NCBI GenBank assembly: GCA_039922695.1
Contig: JBDTEG010000013.1
Span: forward strand, 6,233 to 70,232
Source of the DNA: Rhodanobacter sp.
GTDB lineage: Bacteria; Pseudomonadota; Gammaproteobacteria; Xanthomonadales; Rhodanobacteraceae
DNA: 64,000 bases
Direction of reading: 5' to 3'
Part shown: positions 1 to 12,749 of the stretch, one piece after another
Layout of the letters: each line of letters opens with the position of its first letter
Position numbering within the stretch: the first letter of the stretch is position 1
Notes under the pieces: generated by a model
Told to the model about the DNA's origin: nothing
The model's input: only the letters and a program-made list of their open reading frames with translations
Databases searched by the model: none
Translations under genes and position numbers: made by a program

Positions 1-662
1 TCTGCGCCGAATTGTTCCAGTTGCACGCGCAGGCAATCGCGCAGATCCAGACTGCCCACGCCTGCTGGATCGAAGCCTTGCAGTTGACGGCGGACGCTTT
101 CGATCTCCGCGATGCTTGCGTCGAGCTCGCCCGGCAAGGCCGCCAGCACCGCGTCCAGTCCCTCGGTGAGGTAGCCCGCCGGGCTGAGTGCGTCGATCAG
201 CACGGTGGCGATCAGGTGCTCGCGCGGGGTGAACGGGGCCAGGTTGAGCTGCCACATCAGGTGTTGCTGCAACGTCTCGGGCGCCGCGTTCTGCGGTTCG
301 AAGTCGTCATCGCCACGGGAGCCGCTGCCACTGCTAGTGCTGCCTGCATGGTTGCTTGAGAAATCGATCGGCGATTCGGCCGGGCCACCGCCATCGGCCC
401 AGTCCACGGTCTCGCCGTCACTGTCCCCGTCGCTGCTGCTGGACTTGTCCGGGATCTGGTACTCGTTCTCCGCAGCGTCGCTGGTTTCAGTCTCGTCGTC
501 CTCGACCTCTTCCGCAAACTCCAGCAGGGGGTTGCTTTCGGCGATCTGGCGCAGCTCGGCTTCCAGCTCAAGCTGAGACAACTGCAACAGGCGAATCGCC
601 TGCTGCAGTTGCGGCGTCAGGGTCAGCTGCTGATGGAGGCGAAACTGTAAGGCGGGTTTCAT
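1..662 (-). CDS. rpoN: RNA polymerase sigma-54 factor (5' part; runs off window edge)
   Basis: Minus strand from ATG at 662 reads MKPALQFRLHQQLTLTPQLQQAIRLLQLSQLELEAELRQIAESNPLLE, the RpoN region I signature; lies directly downstream of lptB. Confidence 0.95.
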   Translation of the reverse strand, partial: MKPALQFRLHQQLTLTPQLQQAIRLLQLSQLELEAELRQIAESNPLLEFAEEVEDDETETSDAAENEYQIPDKSSSSDGDSDGETVDWADGGGPAESPIDFSSNHAGSTSSGSGSRGDDDFEPQNAAPETLQQHLMWQLNLAPFTPREHLIATVLIDALSPAGYLTEGLDAVLAALPGELDASIAEIESVRRQLQGFDPAGVGSLDLRDCLRVQLEQFGA

Positions 663-750
663 GCCAGCCAGATCGAGGGAACGTGCCTCCATCCTAGCGC
701 GTGGCCGGGGACGCGGCCATAGGTCTTGGCCTGGATCTTGCCGGACGATG

Positions 751-1470
751 TCAGAGGCGAAACTCGCGACCCAGATAGACCTCGCGCACTTTCTCGTCCG
801 CGAGGATGTGCGCCGGGGTGCCTCGCGAAAGCACCTCGCCCTCGTTCAGGATGTAGGCGCGGTCGCAGATGCCGAGGGTTTCGCGCACGTTGTGGTCGGT
901 GATCAGCACCCCGATCCCGCGCTCTTTCAGGTGCCGCACAATGCGCTGGATCTCCCCGACCGAGATCGGGTCGACGCCGGCGAAGGGTTCGTCTAGCAGC
1001 ATGTAGCGCGGATTGGCGGCCAGGGCACGGGCAATTTCCACGCGTCGGCGCTCACCACCGGACAGGCTGATGCCTTTCTGGTCCGCGATGTGCGCGATCT
1101 TCAATTCATCCAGCAGGCTTTCCAGTTCGCCATTGCGTTGCTGCGTGCTGAGTCCCTTGCGCAGTTCCAGCACCGCCATGACGTTGTCGGCCACGCTGAG
1201 CCGGCGGAATACCGAAGCCTCCTGTGGCAGATAACCGATACCCAGGCGTGCGCGCGCGTGCATCGGCAGGCCGGTGATGTCCTGCTTGTCCAGGGTGATG
1301 CGCCCGGCGTCGGCCTCGATCAGGCCCACCACCATGTAGAAGCAGGTGGTTTTGCCCGCACCGTTGGGACCGAGCAGGCCGACGACCTCGCCCTCCCGAA
1401 TCGAGAACGCAAAGTGACGCACGACCTGGCGCGCCTTGAAGCTTTTCTGCAGGCCTGCGGCGGAGAGCAT
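751..1470 (-). CDS. lptB: LPS export ABC transporter ATP-binding protein
   Basis: Walker [36 protein letters not shown]; kdsD-kdsC-lptC-lptA-lptB-rpoN order; start moved to MLSAAGL. Confidence 0.95.
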   Translation of the reverse strand: MLSAAGLQKSFKARQVVRHFAFSIREGEVVGLLGPNGAGKTTCFYMVVGLIEADAGRITLDKQDITGLPMHARARLGIGYLPQEASVFRRLSVADNVMAVLELRKGLSTQQRNGELESLLDELKIAHIADQKGISLSGGERRRVEIARALAANPRYMLLDEPFAGVDPISVGEIQRIVRHLKERGIGVLITDHNVRETLGICDRAYILNEGEVLSRGTPAHILADEKVREVYLGREFRL

Positions 1471-1474
1471 GGAT

Positions 1475-2083
1475 TCAGCGATTTCCCTGCGGTGACACGC
1501 TGCTGCTGGCAGCAGCCGGCTTGCCGCCTGGCGAGGAGGCGGCCGCGGGCTTGGCCTTGGGCAGGAACACGCCGTGTACCAGGCCATCACCACCGGAGTC
1601 GCCGGTGATCTGGCTGTTTTCGGTGTTGTAAGTCAACTTGTCGCCATGGAACTCGCCGCGACCTTGCTGTTTGACCGAAGCTTGTCCGGTGAGCACGGCG
1701 ATGTCGTGGATATTGTCGTAGTCAAGTTGCGCGGCGTTGCCGGTCATCAGGTTGCCGTTGTCGTCCAGTTGCTGGATGTGCGCCGGTTTGCCGGTCACCA
1801 CCACGCGGGAGATCGCGCTGTTGGCGTCGAGGTAGATCTTGGCGAGGTCGCCGGTAAGCAGCAGCGTGCCCTGGGTGATCTTCACGTTGCCGGTAAGTGT
1901 GGTCACCGTATTCGGTGCATTGTAGGCATCGGTGTGTCTGGCTGCGAAGTTCATCGGTTGCTGGCGGTCGGACTGCTTGGCCACGACCCACGCGGGCAGC
2001 AGCAGCAGCGAACAGGCCGCCAGCAGGCCAATGGCCCAGCGGCGGCTAGCGCTTGCGCGGCGGGAACGAGCCGTGGCTGTCAT
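1475..2083 (-). CDS. lptA: LPS transport periplasmic protein LptA
   Basis: Signal peptide, [11 protein letters not shown] and beta-jellyroll-type repeats, position between lptC and lptB; start uncertain. Confidence 0.85.
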   Translation of the reverse strand: MTATARSRRASASRRWAIGLLAACSLLLLPAWVVAKQSDRQQPMNFAARHTDAYNAPNTVTTLTGNVKITQGTLLLTGDLAKIYLDANSAISRVVVTGKPAHIQQLDDNGNLMTGNAAQLDYDNIHDIAVLTGQASVKQQGRGEFHGDKLTYNTENSQITGDSGGDGLVHGVFLPKAKPAAASSPGGKPAAASSSVSPQGNR

Positions 2084-2657
2084 CGAGCAACTCCAGGTGA
2101 TTGTCATTGAGGTTGGCACGCATGCCGACGCCGCCCATTCTACGGTCGCCCTGGGCCATCTGTACCGGTGTGGCGGTTTCCATGCGGTTCTGTCGCGGCC
2201 ATGCGGTGACGTCGGAGGTCTGCAGCGAGGCCGCCGGTTGGGCTATGCCATGCGCGTCGCTGAACGCCGGACGGTGCATGCTGACCGGTCCCTGCAGCTT
2301 CAGCAGCGTGCCGGGCTTGTTGACCCAACCGTACAGCGATTGCCCGCGCCACTCGGGCACGCCAGGCTCCCGGGCTGGCATCTGGAAGGTCGGGGTGTCG
2401 AGGTACAGCGAATCATCACCCTCGCGGCGTTCGACGCGCGGCGACTGCACATGGAGTCCCGGTTTGCCGTCGACGCCGAACTCGGTGACCTTGGCGTCGA
2501 TCAGCGTGTAGCCCGATCGCGGTGGCCCGACGAAGGCCTGGGTGCGCGGCACCGGTCCCAGCCACCACAGCAGCAACTGGCTGGCGCCCGCGGCCAGGGC
2601 AACGAGGACGATCAAGGCCGGCAGGCGCCGGTCGCGCAACCACAGGCGCAGGCTCAC
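2046..2657 (-). CDS. lptC: LPS export protein LptC
   Basis: Single N-terminal TM helix followed by a soluble domain; position between kdsC and lptA. Confidence 0.85.
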   Translation of the reverse strand: MSLRLWLRDRRLPALIVLVALAAGASQLLLWWLGPVPRTQAFVGPPRSGYTLIDAKVTEFGVDGKPGLHVQSPRVERREGDDSLYLDTPTFQMPAREPGVPEWRGQSLYGWVNKPGTLLKLQGPVSMHRPAFSDAHGIAQPAASLQTSDVTAWPRQNRMETATPVQMAQGDRRMGGVGMRANLNDNHLELLDDSHGSFPPRKR

Positions 2658-3202
2658 TGCCAGTGCTCCCGCTCCGCGTCACTCTTGCCTTGGCCGTGCA
2701 GGATGAGATCGCAAACTTCGCGGGCGGCGCCTTCACCACCGCGCTGACGGGTCTGCCAATGTGCTGCCTCGACGATCCACGGGTGCGCATTGGCGACAGC
2801 CACCGCCATCCCCACCATACGCATCGGTGCCAGGTCGGGCAGGTCGTCGCCCACGTAGGCGACCTGCTCGGCTTGCAGATGCAGCGCGTCCAGCAGTTCC
2901 CGCAGGCAGGCCCTCTTGTCGCCCTGGCCCTGGTAGACATGGGCAATGTCCAGTTCCTCGGCACGCAGGGCGACGGGATGACTGATCCGGGCGGTGATCA
3001 ACGCGACCTCCACGCCATGGGCCCGGAGGCGCTTCAGGCCGAGCCCGTCGTGCACATGGAAGACCTTGGTCTCGTGACCGTCCTCGGCGTACCAGAGCCG
3101 CCCGTCGGTCAGGGTGCCGTCCACGTCGAATACTGCCAAGCGGATTTTCGCGGCGCGGGAGAGCAAGTCGTCGGTGAAGTCGGGGGGCGAGTCGGGGAGC
3201 AT
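2654..3202 (-). CDS. kdsC: KDO 8-phosphate phosphatase (HAD family)
   Basis: FDVDGTLTDG, VHDGLG and GDDLPD motifs; adjacent to kdsD. Confidence 0.92.
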   Translation of the reverse strand: MLPDSPPDFTDDLLSRAAKIRLAVFDVDGTLTDGRLWYAEDGHETKVFHVHDGLGLKRLRAHGVEVALITARISHPVALRAEELDIAHVYQGQGDKRACLRELLDALHLQAEQVAYVGDDLPDLAPMRMVGMAVAVANAHPWIVEAAHWQTRQRGGEGAAREVCDLILHGQGKSDAEREHWQ

Positions 3203-3274
3203 GGTCCGGGCTTGCGTAATGGTGAGCGTCAAAAGCAGGCGTGCCTGATTTGTGATTCGTCCAGACGAGTCAGA

Positions 3275-4285
3275 TCAGACCACACGAGCGCGGAGCAGAT
3301 CATGAATGTTCAGTGCGCCGACCACGTGTCGCTCGTCGTCCACCACCAGCAGCGCGTGGATCTGGTGTTTTTCCATAAGCTGCGCGGCCTCGGCCGCCAG
3401 CCGGTCGGCACCGATCGTCTTGGGACCGCGAGTCATCAGCTCGGCCACGAGGGCGCCACGCAGGTTCACGCCCTCGTCGTCCAGCGCGCGACGCAGGTCA
3501 CCATCGGTGAACACCCCGACCAGGCGCTGGTCGGCATCGATCACCGCGGTCATGCCCAGATGCTTGCGGGTCATCTCCATCAGAGCGGCGGTGAGTGTGG
3601 CATCCGGCGACACCATTGGGACATCGTCGCCAGTGTGCATCACGTCGCTGATGTGCAGCAGCAGGCGGCGGCCCAGCGCGCCGGCCGGGTGTGAGCGGGC
3701 GAAATCGTCCGAGGTGAATCCGCGTGCCTCCAGCAGTGCGATCGCCAGCGCATCGCCCAGCACCAGCGCCACCGTCGTGCTGGTCGTGGGCGCCAGGCCC
3801 AGCGGACAAGCTTCGCTTGAAATGCTGCCGTCCAGGTGCACGTCTGCCTCGCGCGCCAGTGACGAGTGGGGTTTGCCGGTGATCACGATCAGTGGAATGC
3901 CCTGACGCTTGATGAGCGGCAGGATGAACAGCAATTCGTCGGTTTCGCCTGAATAGGACAATGCCAGCACCACGTCCTCAGGCAAGATCATGCCGAGGTC
4001 GCCGTGGCTTGCCTCGCCGGGATGCACGAAGAACGCCGGCGTGCCGGTGGAGGCGAGGGTCGCCGCAATCTTGCGCGCCACGTGCCCCGACTTGCCCATC
4101 CCGCTGACGACGACGCGGCCACGGCAGGCCAGGATCAGACGGCAGGCTTCGACGAAATGGGTGCCGATCCGCGGCTCGAGCGCGCCAATCGCGGTCGCTT
4201 CCGTGGCGATCACCGTGCGCGCGCTGCGCGTGATGGCTTCGGGGCTAAGGTCGGTCGGCGCGGGCGGGGCGATGCGTGCGTTCAT
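3275..4285 (-). CDS. kdsD: D-arabinose 5-phosphate isomerase (KpsF/GutQ; SIS + CBS domains)
   Basis: GMGKSGHVARKIAATLASTGTPAFFVHPGEASHGDLG, C-terminal CBS pair. Confidence 0.95.
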   Translation of the reverse strand: MNARIAPPAPTDLSPEAITRSARTVIATEATAIGALEPRIGTHFVEACRLILACRGRVVVSGMGKSGHVARKIAATLASTGTPAFFVHPGEASHGDLGMILPEDVVLALSYSGETDELLFILPLIKRQGIPLIVITGKPHSSLAREADVHLDGSISSEACPLGLAPTTSTTVALVLGDALAIALLEARGFTSDDFARSHPAGALGRRLLLHISDVMHTGDDVPMVSPDATLTAALMEMTRKHLGMTAVIDADQRLVGVFTDGDLRRALDDEGVNLRGALVAELMTRGPKTIGADRLAAEAAQLMEKHQIHALLVVDDERHVVGALNIHDLLRARVV

Positions 4286-4464
4286 GGGGGCTCGGGTGGG
4301 GGAGAGTCGACACCGGCGCCGCTGGCGGACCGCCGTCGTTTCTGTGCCACAGGAATTCCATTACCATGGCATATTCATATTTTAACGTCATATGCCAGCC
4401 ACATGGTGCCGCGCCGCGCGGAAATCCATGATCGCGCCGGCCCGACCTCCTTACGGAACGCCCG

Positions 4465-6079
<1,615 letters not shown>

Positions 6080-6105
6080 CGCGTCATCACCACCGGACAG
6101 CACAG

Positions 6106-6429
6106 TTGATGGCGTTCTATTGGCGATTGAAGGACATCCCGGAATTGCAGGCCACGCCACCGGCAATCCAGCGACGCTTGTGGAGCGAAGCGGTGACACG
6201 CAGCCTTGCCCCACGCTACCTGCTTCTGCTGTTCGCCAACTTCCTGCTCGGCATCTTGACGTGCGCGCTTGCCGTGTACCTGCTCGGATTCGGTGAGCAC
6301 GCCTGGTGGTGGGCGCTGCTCGGACTCCCGCTGGCCGGCATACTCAACGACTATCTGGTGACCCAGCCGCGAGCACGCGGCTGGTTGCGCGAGCATGCCG
6401 GCGAACTGGATCGCTACGTGACTACTTGA
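6106..6429 (+). CDS. hypothetical membrane protein (about 2 TM)
   Basis: 107-aa ORF with two hydrophobic segments following murA. Confidence 0.55.
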   Translation: MMAFYWRLKDIPELQATPPAIQRRLWSEAVTRSLAPRYLLLLFANFLLGILTCALAVYLLGFGEHAWWWALLGLPLAGILNDYLVTQPRARGWLREHAGELDRYVTT

Positions 6430-6433
6430 AGCG

Positions 6434-7135
6434 TCATGGCGACTGGAAGCTCACCAGCTCCATCACCAGGTCGCCGCCATCGTGCTGCGACAGCTTCACC
6501 GGCAGCGGGTAGCGCACGGGGGCATACCAGGCGCTGAAGCCGCGCTCGGCGTCGGTGCGGTCGACCCGTTCTGCATCGAAGCTGCCGGCCGGAACGTTCA
6601 CGGTTTCCTTGCCGGTTACCTTGAATTGCTGGGTCTCCACTTTCTGGCGCACCGCAACGGCGAGCGCTACCTGTTGCTTGCCGGCCTGCAGCGCCACGCC
6701 CAGTGCCAGCGGCAGGGTGTTGCGCTCGACGATGCCCGGCTTGGCCGCATAGGTCTCGGTGCCCTTGCTGCCATCGACGCTGACCTGGTTGGTGCTCCAG
6801 TCGACGCGCAGGTGGCGCTGCTTGCTCTTGATGCCGGTGTGCAGCTCGTAGTCATAGCCGAGTGCTTCGGGCAGGTCGCCCTTCCAGCGAAACCGTGACG
6901 TTTCGTCCGTGCTGGCGCCAAGCATTGCCGCCAGGCCAGCGGTACCCTTGATGTTCTTGTGGTAAGTCCACTGCCCGTTGCCATCGTCGTGCAGGCTGAT
7001 GGTAGCGGTCCCCAGCGGGCTGCCGCCGCGCGAAACCTTGTAGGTGGCGGTGAAGGCCGTCGGCGTAGCGGCATTTGCCGTGCCGCAGAGCAGGGCAAGT
7101 CCGAGCAGGGGGAGGAGCAGGCATTGGGTTCTCAT
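6434..7135 (-). CDS. DUF3108-like exported protein
   Basis: Signal peptide; TVNVPAGSFDA and WYAP..YPLPVK motifs typical of DUF3108; downstream of purN. Confidence 0.7.
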   Translation of the reverse strand: MRTQCLLLPLLGLALLCGTANAATPTAFTATYKVSRGGSPLGTATISLHDDGNGQWTYHKNIKGTAGLAAMLGASTDETSRFRWKGDLPEALGYDYELHTGIKSKQRHLRVDWSTNQVSVDGSKGTETYAAKPGIVERNTLPLALGVALQAGKQQVALAVAVRQKVETQQFKVTGKETVNVPAGSFDAERVDRTDAERGFSAWYAPVRYPLPVKLSQHDGGDLVMELVSFQSP

Positions 7136-7170
7136 GCGACGAGTCTGCCCATGGCCCGCTGAACGGTGCA

Positions 7171-7833
7171 TCACTCCAGCCCGTGCTCGCCCAGATGGAG
7201 CGGTACCGACAACACTCGACCGTCATAGTGCGCCGCGTTCGCCTGCCATTGCAGGCGCCGGTTGGCCAGCACGGCCAGCACCGCCGGCAGCAGGCGATGC
7301 TCCAGTGGCAACAGGCGGTTCGCCAGACGTTGTTCATCATCGCCGGGCTCGATCATGAGCCGTGCCTGCGCGATCACCGGGCCGCCGTCGAGCTCGGCGG
7401 TCACGAAGTGCACGCTCGCACCGTGTTCGGCATCGCCCGCCTCGAGCGCGCGCCGATGGGTATGCAGGCCGCGGTATTTGGGCAGCAGCGACGGGTGGAT
7501 GTTGATGATGCGGCCCACCCACGGGCGCAACGCTTCACCGTCGATGACGCGCATGAAGCCGGCCAGCACCAGCAGCTCTGCGCCGCTGCTGGTGATGCGA
7601 GCGAACAGATCGAGATCAAATGCGCGCCGGTCCGGGTAACCGCGAGGATCCATCGCCAGAGTGGGAATGTTGGCCTCTTCGGCAACGCGCAGGGCGCCCG
7701 CAGCGGCCTTGTCGCTGCCGACCAGCACGAATTCGACCGGCAGCTCGCCACGAGCCCTCGCATCGAGCAGGGCGACGAGATTGCTGCCCCGCCCGGAGGC
7801 GAGTACGGCGACTTTGGCGGGGGTATCCGACAC
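7171..7833 (-). CDS. purN: phosphoribosylglycinamide formyltransferase
   Basis: VLASGRGSNL, INIHPSLLPKYRGLHTH, VHFVTAELDGGP; probable GTG start. Confidence 0.95.
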   Translation of the reverse strand: MSDTPAKVAVLASGRGSNLVALLDARARGELPVEFVLVGSDKAAAGALRVAEEANIPTLAMDPRGYPDRRAFDLDLFARITSSGAELLVLAGFMRVIDGEALRPWVGRIINIHPSLLPKYRGLHTHRRALEAGDAEHGASVHFVTAELDGGPVIAQARLMIEPGDDEQRLANRLLPLEHRLLPAVLAVLANRRLQWQANAAHYDGRVLSVPLHLGEHGLE

Positions 7834-7840
7834 CGCGCGG

Positions 7841-8869
7841 TCAGTCGATACGCACGCGATCTGCGCCGTTCGCGGGCACCACTTCACCAATCACCGAGCT
7901 GGCCAACCCGTGCCGTGCCAGCAAGGCCGATGCGCCAACCACCGCGCCGCGCGGGAGGATGACGGTGAAGCCGACGCCGCAGTTGAACGTGCGCCACATT
8001 TCCTCGCGCGCCACATTGCCCTCGCGCATCAGCCAGTCGAACACGGGCGGCATCACGATGGCGGAAGCGTCCAGTGCCAGCCCCAGGTCGTCGGGTACCA
8101 CGCGGATGATGTTTTCCCTGAGGCCGCCGCCGGTGATGTGGGCCATGCCGTGAACTCCGCCTGACTTCATCAACTCAAGCATCGCCTTGACGTAGATCGT
8201 GGTCGGCGCCATCAGCGCATCGCCCAGCTTCACCCCGCCGAGATCCAGTTCGAGCGGGTTGCCCGCGCGCTCGAGAATCCGGCGGACCAGCGAATAGCCA
8301 TTCGAGTGCGGGCCGCTGGAGGCTATGCCGAGGACCACGTCGCCGGCGACAATCGCCGCGCCAGTCAGCATCCGCGACTTTTCCACGGCGCCAACGGTGA
8401 AGCCGGCCAGGTCGTATTCGCCCGCCGGGTACATGTCCGGCATCTCGGCAGTTTCGCCGCCAATCAGCGCGCAGCCGGCCAGCTCGCAGCCCCTGGCGAT
8501 GCCGCCGACCACGGCCACCGCGGTCTCCACATCCAGCTTCCCGGTGGCAAAGTAATCGAGGAAGAACAGCGGCTCGGCACCCTGGACCAGTACGTCGTTG
8601 ACGCACATCCCGACCAGGTCGATGCCGATGGTGTCGTGACGGTCGAGAAGCTGGGCCAGCTTCAGCTTGGTGCCAACGCCGTCGGTGCCGGACACCAGCA
8701 CCGGTTCCTGGTAACGGCCGGACAGATCGAACAGGCCGCCAAAGCCGCCCAAACCGCCCATCACCTCAGGACGGTGTGTGCGCTTCACCAGCGGCTTGAT
8801 GCGTTCGACCAGGGCATTGCCAGCGTCGATATCGACGCCGGCGGCGCGGTAGGTGAGGGCGTCAGACAT
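7841..8869 (-). CDS. purM: phosphoribosylformylglycinamidine cyclo-ligase
   Basis: [36 protein letters not shown]. Confidence 0.97.
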   Translation of the reverse strand: MSDALTYRAAGVDIDAGNALVERIKPLVKRTHRPEVMGGLGGFGGLFDLSGRYQEPVLVSGTDGVGTKLKLAQLLDRHDTIGIDLVGMCVNDVLVQGAEPLFFLDYFATGKLDVETAVAVVGGIARGCELAGCALIGGETAEMPDMYPAGEYDLAGFTVGAVEKSRMLTGAAIVAGDVVLGIASSGPHSNGYSLVRRILERAGNPLELDLGGVKLGDALMAPTTIYVKAMLELMKSGGVHGMAHITGGGLRENIIRVVPDDLGLALDASAIVMPPVFDWLMREGNVAREEMWRTFNCGVGFTVILPRGAVVGASALLARHGLASSVIGEVVPANGADRVRID

Positions 8870-9026
8870 GGCGAAAACCGGCGAGTACGAAACGCAGAAT
8901 TCTAGCAGGGAGTGGCCTGGATACCCGACGAGTGGGTGTGGCTCCCGGTCGGCCCAGCTCCGTGCGGATGGACGCTGCGTGTTGGATTGGGCAGACTTCG
9001 CGTGAGTTTTCCCGAGGACGAACCCC

Positions 9027-10028
9027 GTGCCCATGCGCCTGCCCCGCCTGTTTATCGCTTTCCTGCTGCTGTGCCTCGCCGCGCTGCCGCCGTTGCACGC
9101 GCAGGCCGCCGGTTCACCTTATTCGGTTACGGTGCCGGTCCCCGATACCAGCGATGCGCAGCGCAGCCAGGCTTTCTCGACGGCGCTGGCGCAGGTCATG
9201 ACGCGTGTCGCCGGTGGCCAGGATCTGCGCAGCAACCCCGGTTATGCCGAGGCTCTGGGCAGCGCCAGTTCGCTGGTGCAGAAGTTCCAGTACCAGCGTG
9301 CCGCCACCGGACTGGTGCTGGACGTGGATTTCGCACCGGCCTCCGTGCGTCGCCTGGTGACTCAACTGGGCGTGACCAGCGCGGGCATCAAGCCGCCGGT
9401 GTTGCTGCTGGTGCAGCGCGCTGACGGCAGCATGGTTGACCAGGCCACGTTGGCGAGTCTGGCCACCACGGCGGCTGCGCGAGGCACAAACGTGGTGTAT
9501 CCGGCGCCCGCGAGCCAGATCGATACAGCCAAGGTGGCGGCGGCCGATCCGGCGGCGCTGGCGGCCATCAACCGGCAGTACCACACAGGCCTGGTGTTGT
9601 TGGGCAAACTGCATGATGGCAAAGCCGACTGGACGCTGATTTCCGGCGGCCAGGTGCAGCACTGGAGCCAGCAGGAAACCAGCGAAGAGGCGTTGCTCGC
9701 GGCAGCCGGCAACGGCATGGCTGATCGCCTCAGCCAGCAGCTGAACGTGATCGGGTCGGTTGCCAGCGAAGGCAAGCTCTGGGTGAGCGGGCTGGAGTCG
9801 GCTGCTGACTACGCCAGCCTGCTGGCCACGCTCAATGCCGACCCCTCGGTGCAGCAAGTCACGACCGCCGGCGCGCTGAACGATGGCGTGCTGCTCGACG
9901 TCAAGGCGTCGGTGCCGATGAATGCCTTGGCCGCGAACCTCGCCGCCAGCGGACGCCTGCTGCTGCAAGGGCAGCCGCATGACGGCGCGGACGCCAATCT
10001 GCGCTGGCTGCACGGAATTTCGCCATGA
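9027..10028 (+). CDS. DUF2066-like exported protein
   Basis: Signal peptide; occupies the usual slot divergent from purM and upstream of the AI-2E transporter and hda. Confidence 0.65.
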   Translation: MPMRLPRLFIAFLLLCLAALPPLHAQAAGSPYSVTVPVPDTSDAQRSQAFSTALAQVMTRVAGGQDLRSNPGYAEALGSASSLVQKFQYQRAATGLVLDVDFAPASVRRLVTQLGVTSAGIKPPVLLLVQRADGSMVDQATLASLATTAAARGTNVVYPAPASQIDTAKVAAADPAALAAINRQYHTGLVLLGKLHDGKADWTLISGGQVQHWSQQETSEEALLAAAGNGMADRLSQQLNVIGSVASEGKLWVSGLESAADYASLLATLNADPSVQQVTTAGALNDGVLLDVKASVPMNALAANLAASGRLLLQGQPHDGADANLRWLHGISP

Positions 10029-11194
10029 ACCAGACGCGTGAGGTATCGCGCCGCTGGCAACTGCTGGCGATCACGGTGGTCATCGTCTACCTGATCTGGC
10101 TGCTGTCGCCGGTGCTGATGCCGTTCGCGGTAGCAGCGATGCTGGCGTATCTGGGCGATCCGCTGGCCGATCGGCTGGAGCGGATGGGACTGAACCGCAT
10201 GTGGGCATCCACGATCGTCTTCGTGGTGTTGCTGGTCGCGGTCATTGGCGTGCTGGTGTTGTTGATTCCGTTGATTGCGCGGCAGGTCGAGAATCTCATC
10301 AGCAACCTGCCACGCTACGGCGACTGGGCACAGCACGTGGCATGGCCATGGCTGCAGGCCAAGCTGCACCTGGATGCGAACATGTTCGACAGCGATCGCC
10401 TGGTGACGATGATCAAGGCGCACATCGGCTCGATTGGCGGCGTGGCGACCGTGGTACTGGGCACGGTATCGCGCTCCGGCGTGGGTATCGCCATGTGGCT
10501 GACCAACCTGGTACTGATTCCGGTGGTGGCGTTCTACCTGCTGCGCGATTGGGATCGCCTCGTGTCCACAGTCGACGGCATGCTGCCGCGTTCGGTGCAA
10601 CCGACCATCGCGCACCTGGCGCGCGAGTCGGACCACATCCTGGGCGCCTTCGTGCGTGGCCAGCTGTTGGTCATGTTGGCACTGGGTGTGTTCTACGCTG
10701 CCGGGCTGGGTTTGACGGGGCTCTCGGTCGGGCTGCTGATCGGCATCGTCGCCGGTCTGCTCAGCTTCGTGCCTTACCTGGGTTTCATCATTGGCTTCGT
10801 TGCCGCCATCATCGCTGTGCTGGTGCAGTTCGGCGACTGGACGCATGTGTTGCTGGTCTGCGCTGTGTTTGCCGTGGGCCAGTTGCTGGAGGGATACGTC
10901 CTGGTACCCAAGCTGGTCGGCGACAAGATCGGCCTGCATCCGGTGGCAGTGATCTTCGCGGTGCTGGCCGGCGGTTACCTGTTCGGATTTCTCGGCGTGC
11001 TGCTGGCCCTGCCGGCCGCCTCGGTGATCGTGGTGTTGCTGCGCTACCTGATCGAACGGTACCGGAGGAGCGAGCTGTACACCGAGGAGGGAGCGGACGA
11101 TCCGGTGATTGCCGCAGTCGAGGTCGAAGTGCACCAGGACGGCGACACCGACACCCTCGTCGTGCCCTCGCCGGAAAGCCGACCCACCGAATGA
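10025..11194 (+). CDS. AI-2E (PerM) family transporter
   Basis: Multi-TM protein; FVRGQL, PYLG and GLHPVAVIFAVLAGG motifs. Confidence 0.88.
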   Translation: MNQTREVSRRWQLLAITVVIVYLIWLLSPVLMPFAVAAMLAYLGDPLADRLERMGLNRMWASTIVFVVLLVAVIGVLVLLIPLIARQVENLISNLPRYGDWAQHVAWPWLQAKLHLDANMFDSDRLVTMIKAHIGSIGGVATVVLGTVSRSGVGIAMWLTNLVLIPVVAFYLLRDWDRLVSTVDGMLPRSVQPTIAHLARESDHILGAFVRGQLLVMLALGVFYAAGLGLTGLSVGLLIGIVAGLLSFVPYLGFIIGFVAAIIAVLVQFGDWTHVLLVCAVFAVGQLLEGYVLVPKLVGDKIGLHPVAVIFAVLAGGYLFGFLGVLLALPAASVIVVLLRYLIERYRRSELYTEEGADDPVIAAVEVEVHQDGDTDTLVVPSPESRPTE

Positions 11195-11889
11195 ACCCGC
11201 AGTTGCCGTTGGCCTTGCGCTGGCCGCGTCGCCAGCGTTTCGAACATTTCCATGCCGACGCCAATGCTGCCGCGGTGGATGCGGTCCGAACGCTTGCCCT
11301 CGAACCGGGCGCACCATGGATCTTCCTGCACGGCCCCGGCGGTAGCGGTCGCAGCCACCTGCTGCTGGCTGCGTGCCACGCCGCCACCGCGGTCGGTCGA
11401 CGCGCGCAGTACCTGCCACTGGCCACGATGAGCGATCACGCTGATCTTCTGCGTGGCGTGACCGGCAGCGAGCTGCTGGCACTGGACGACCTCGGCGTCA
11501 TCGCGGGCGACCACGAAGCCGAACACGCCTTGTTCGACCTATACAACCGACTGCGGGCGGATGGTGCGGCGCTGTTGTTCGCTGCCGACGTGTCGCCAGC
11601 TCGTCTCCTCATTGACCTGCCCGACCTGCGCTCGCGTCTCGGCGCCTGCACCCAGTTTGGGCTGAAACCGCTTGATGACAGGGAACGTCGGAATGTGCTC
11701 CGGGCGGGGGCAGCTGCTCGCGGCATCGAACTGGACGACAGCGTGCTGGACTGGTTGTTTGCGCGCTATGCCCGGGATCTTGGGGCGTTGCTGGATCTGC
11801 TGGATCGGCTGGACCACGCCTCGCTCGCGGCGCAGCGGCGGATCACGATTCCGTTCTTGCGCGAGCTGTTGCGTGATTCCCTCGTGTAG
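11191..11889 (+). CDS. hda: DnaA regulatory inactivator Hda
   Basis: N-terminal clamp-binding QLPLAL, AAA+ core, PDLRSRL, RRITIPF; conserved purM-DUF2066-perM-hda order. Confidence 0.93.
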   Translation: MNPQLPLALRWPRRQRFEHFHADANAAAVDAVRTLALEPGAPWIFLHGPGGSGRSHLLLAACHAATAVGRRAQYLPLATMSDHADLLRGVTGSELLALDDLGVIAGDHEAEHALFDLYNRLRADGAALLFAADVSPARLLIDLPDLRSRLGACTQFGLKPLDDRERRNVLRAGAAARGIELDDSVLDWLFARYARDLGALLDLLDRLDHASLAAQRRITIPFLRELLRDSLV

Positions 11890-11908
11890 GAGCGCACCCT
11901 GTGCTCGA
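11886..11908 (+). repeat. single degenerate GTAG-type REP arm
   Basis: GTAGGAGCGCACCCTGTGCTCGA matches the REP arms at 50495 and 22720; no partner arm visible; its TAG is the hda stop. Confidence 0.75.
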
Positions 11909-12176
11909 TGCTGTTCGCGGTGTAGTTGTGATCGAATTCGCGTGAAAAACGTCGAGAGCCCGCGGCTTCAGTCACCTTTCTGGCGTGTTCGAGAGAACAG
12001 CAATCCAAAACAGAACGGACACACAACGATATGCCCGCTGCCATTTGCATACTTGCAACCTCGGCTGCGGCCAACGCAGTTGTGCATCATGGCGACGTTG
12101 CTGATGCAAACAAGCAACCAGCGCAAGCGTACACGCCGACGACCGACTGACGAGCTGGTTTTCGCGGCCAATCAGC

Positions 12177-12749
12177 TCATCCCAGTCGCCGACGCAGCGT
12201 CACGAATCCACCGATCAGCAATGCTCCCAAGGCAAACATTCCCAACGCAGCAGGCTCGGGCACGCTCGCGAAAGCAGGAGAGATGTAGCCTTTGAAATTC
12301 TGCAGAATCCTTGTGGATGTTCCGGTGTCGAGAATCCCCGAGCCGCCCTGGCGGATCACGCCTCCTTCAAATCCGACCAGCGAGCCCACCTCGGGGGTGG
12401 TAAGGAGACTGAACGACACTTGCTCCGGTGACCCAAATGGATCGAGTCTGCCATTGCCCAGACCTACAAGCCACTGGCCCGACGACGCTTGCTGGCTGAG
12501 AATCATGTTGAACGCAGGCAGCGCGGGAAAATCCGCAACCAGGATGTCCATCGACGATATCTCGCCAGCGACCGTGTCCACCAACATCACGCCGCTGAAG
12601 GTACCGCCGCCCGGGAGGAAACCGTTATTCCATTGCCCCTCGACATCGAACGACGTCGGTGTTGCCCCCGCAAGCGCCGGCAGGAATGCTGCGACAACAA
12701 GGCCCGCGAGCATGACCCGCTTCAATGATTTCAGCTTGACCTGTTTCAT
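12177..12749 (-). CDS. PEP-CTERM sorting domain protein
   Basis: Signal peptide; C-terminal VPEP + hydrophobic helix + RRR (SVPEPAALGMFALGALLIGGFVTLRRRLG); AGGAGG RBS. Confidence 0.85.
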   Translation of the reverse strand: MKQVKLKSLKRVMLAGLVVAAFLPALAGATPTSFDVEGQWNNGFLPGGGTFSGVMLVDTVAGEISSMDILVADFPALPAFNMILSQQASSGQWLVGLGNGRLDPFGSPEQVSFSLLTTPEVGSLVGFEGGVIRQGGSGILDTGTSTRILQNFKGYISPAFASVPEPAALGMFALGALLIGGFVTLRRRLG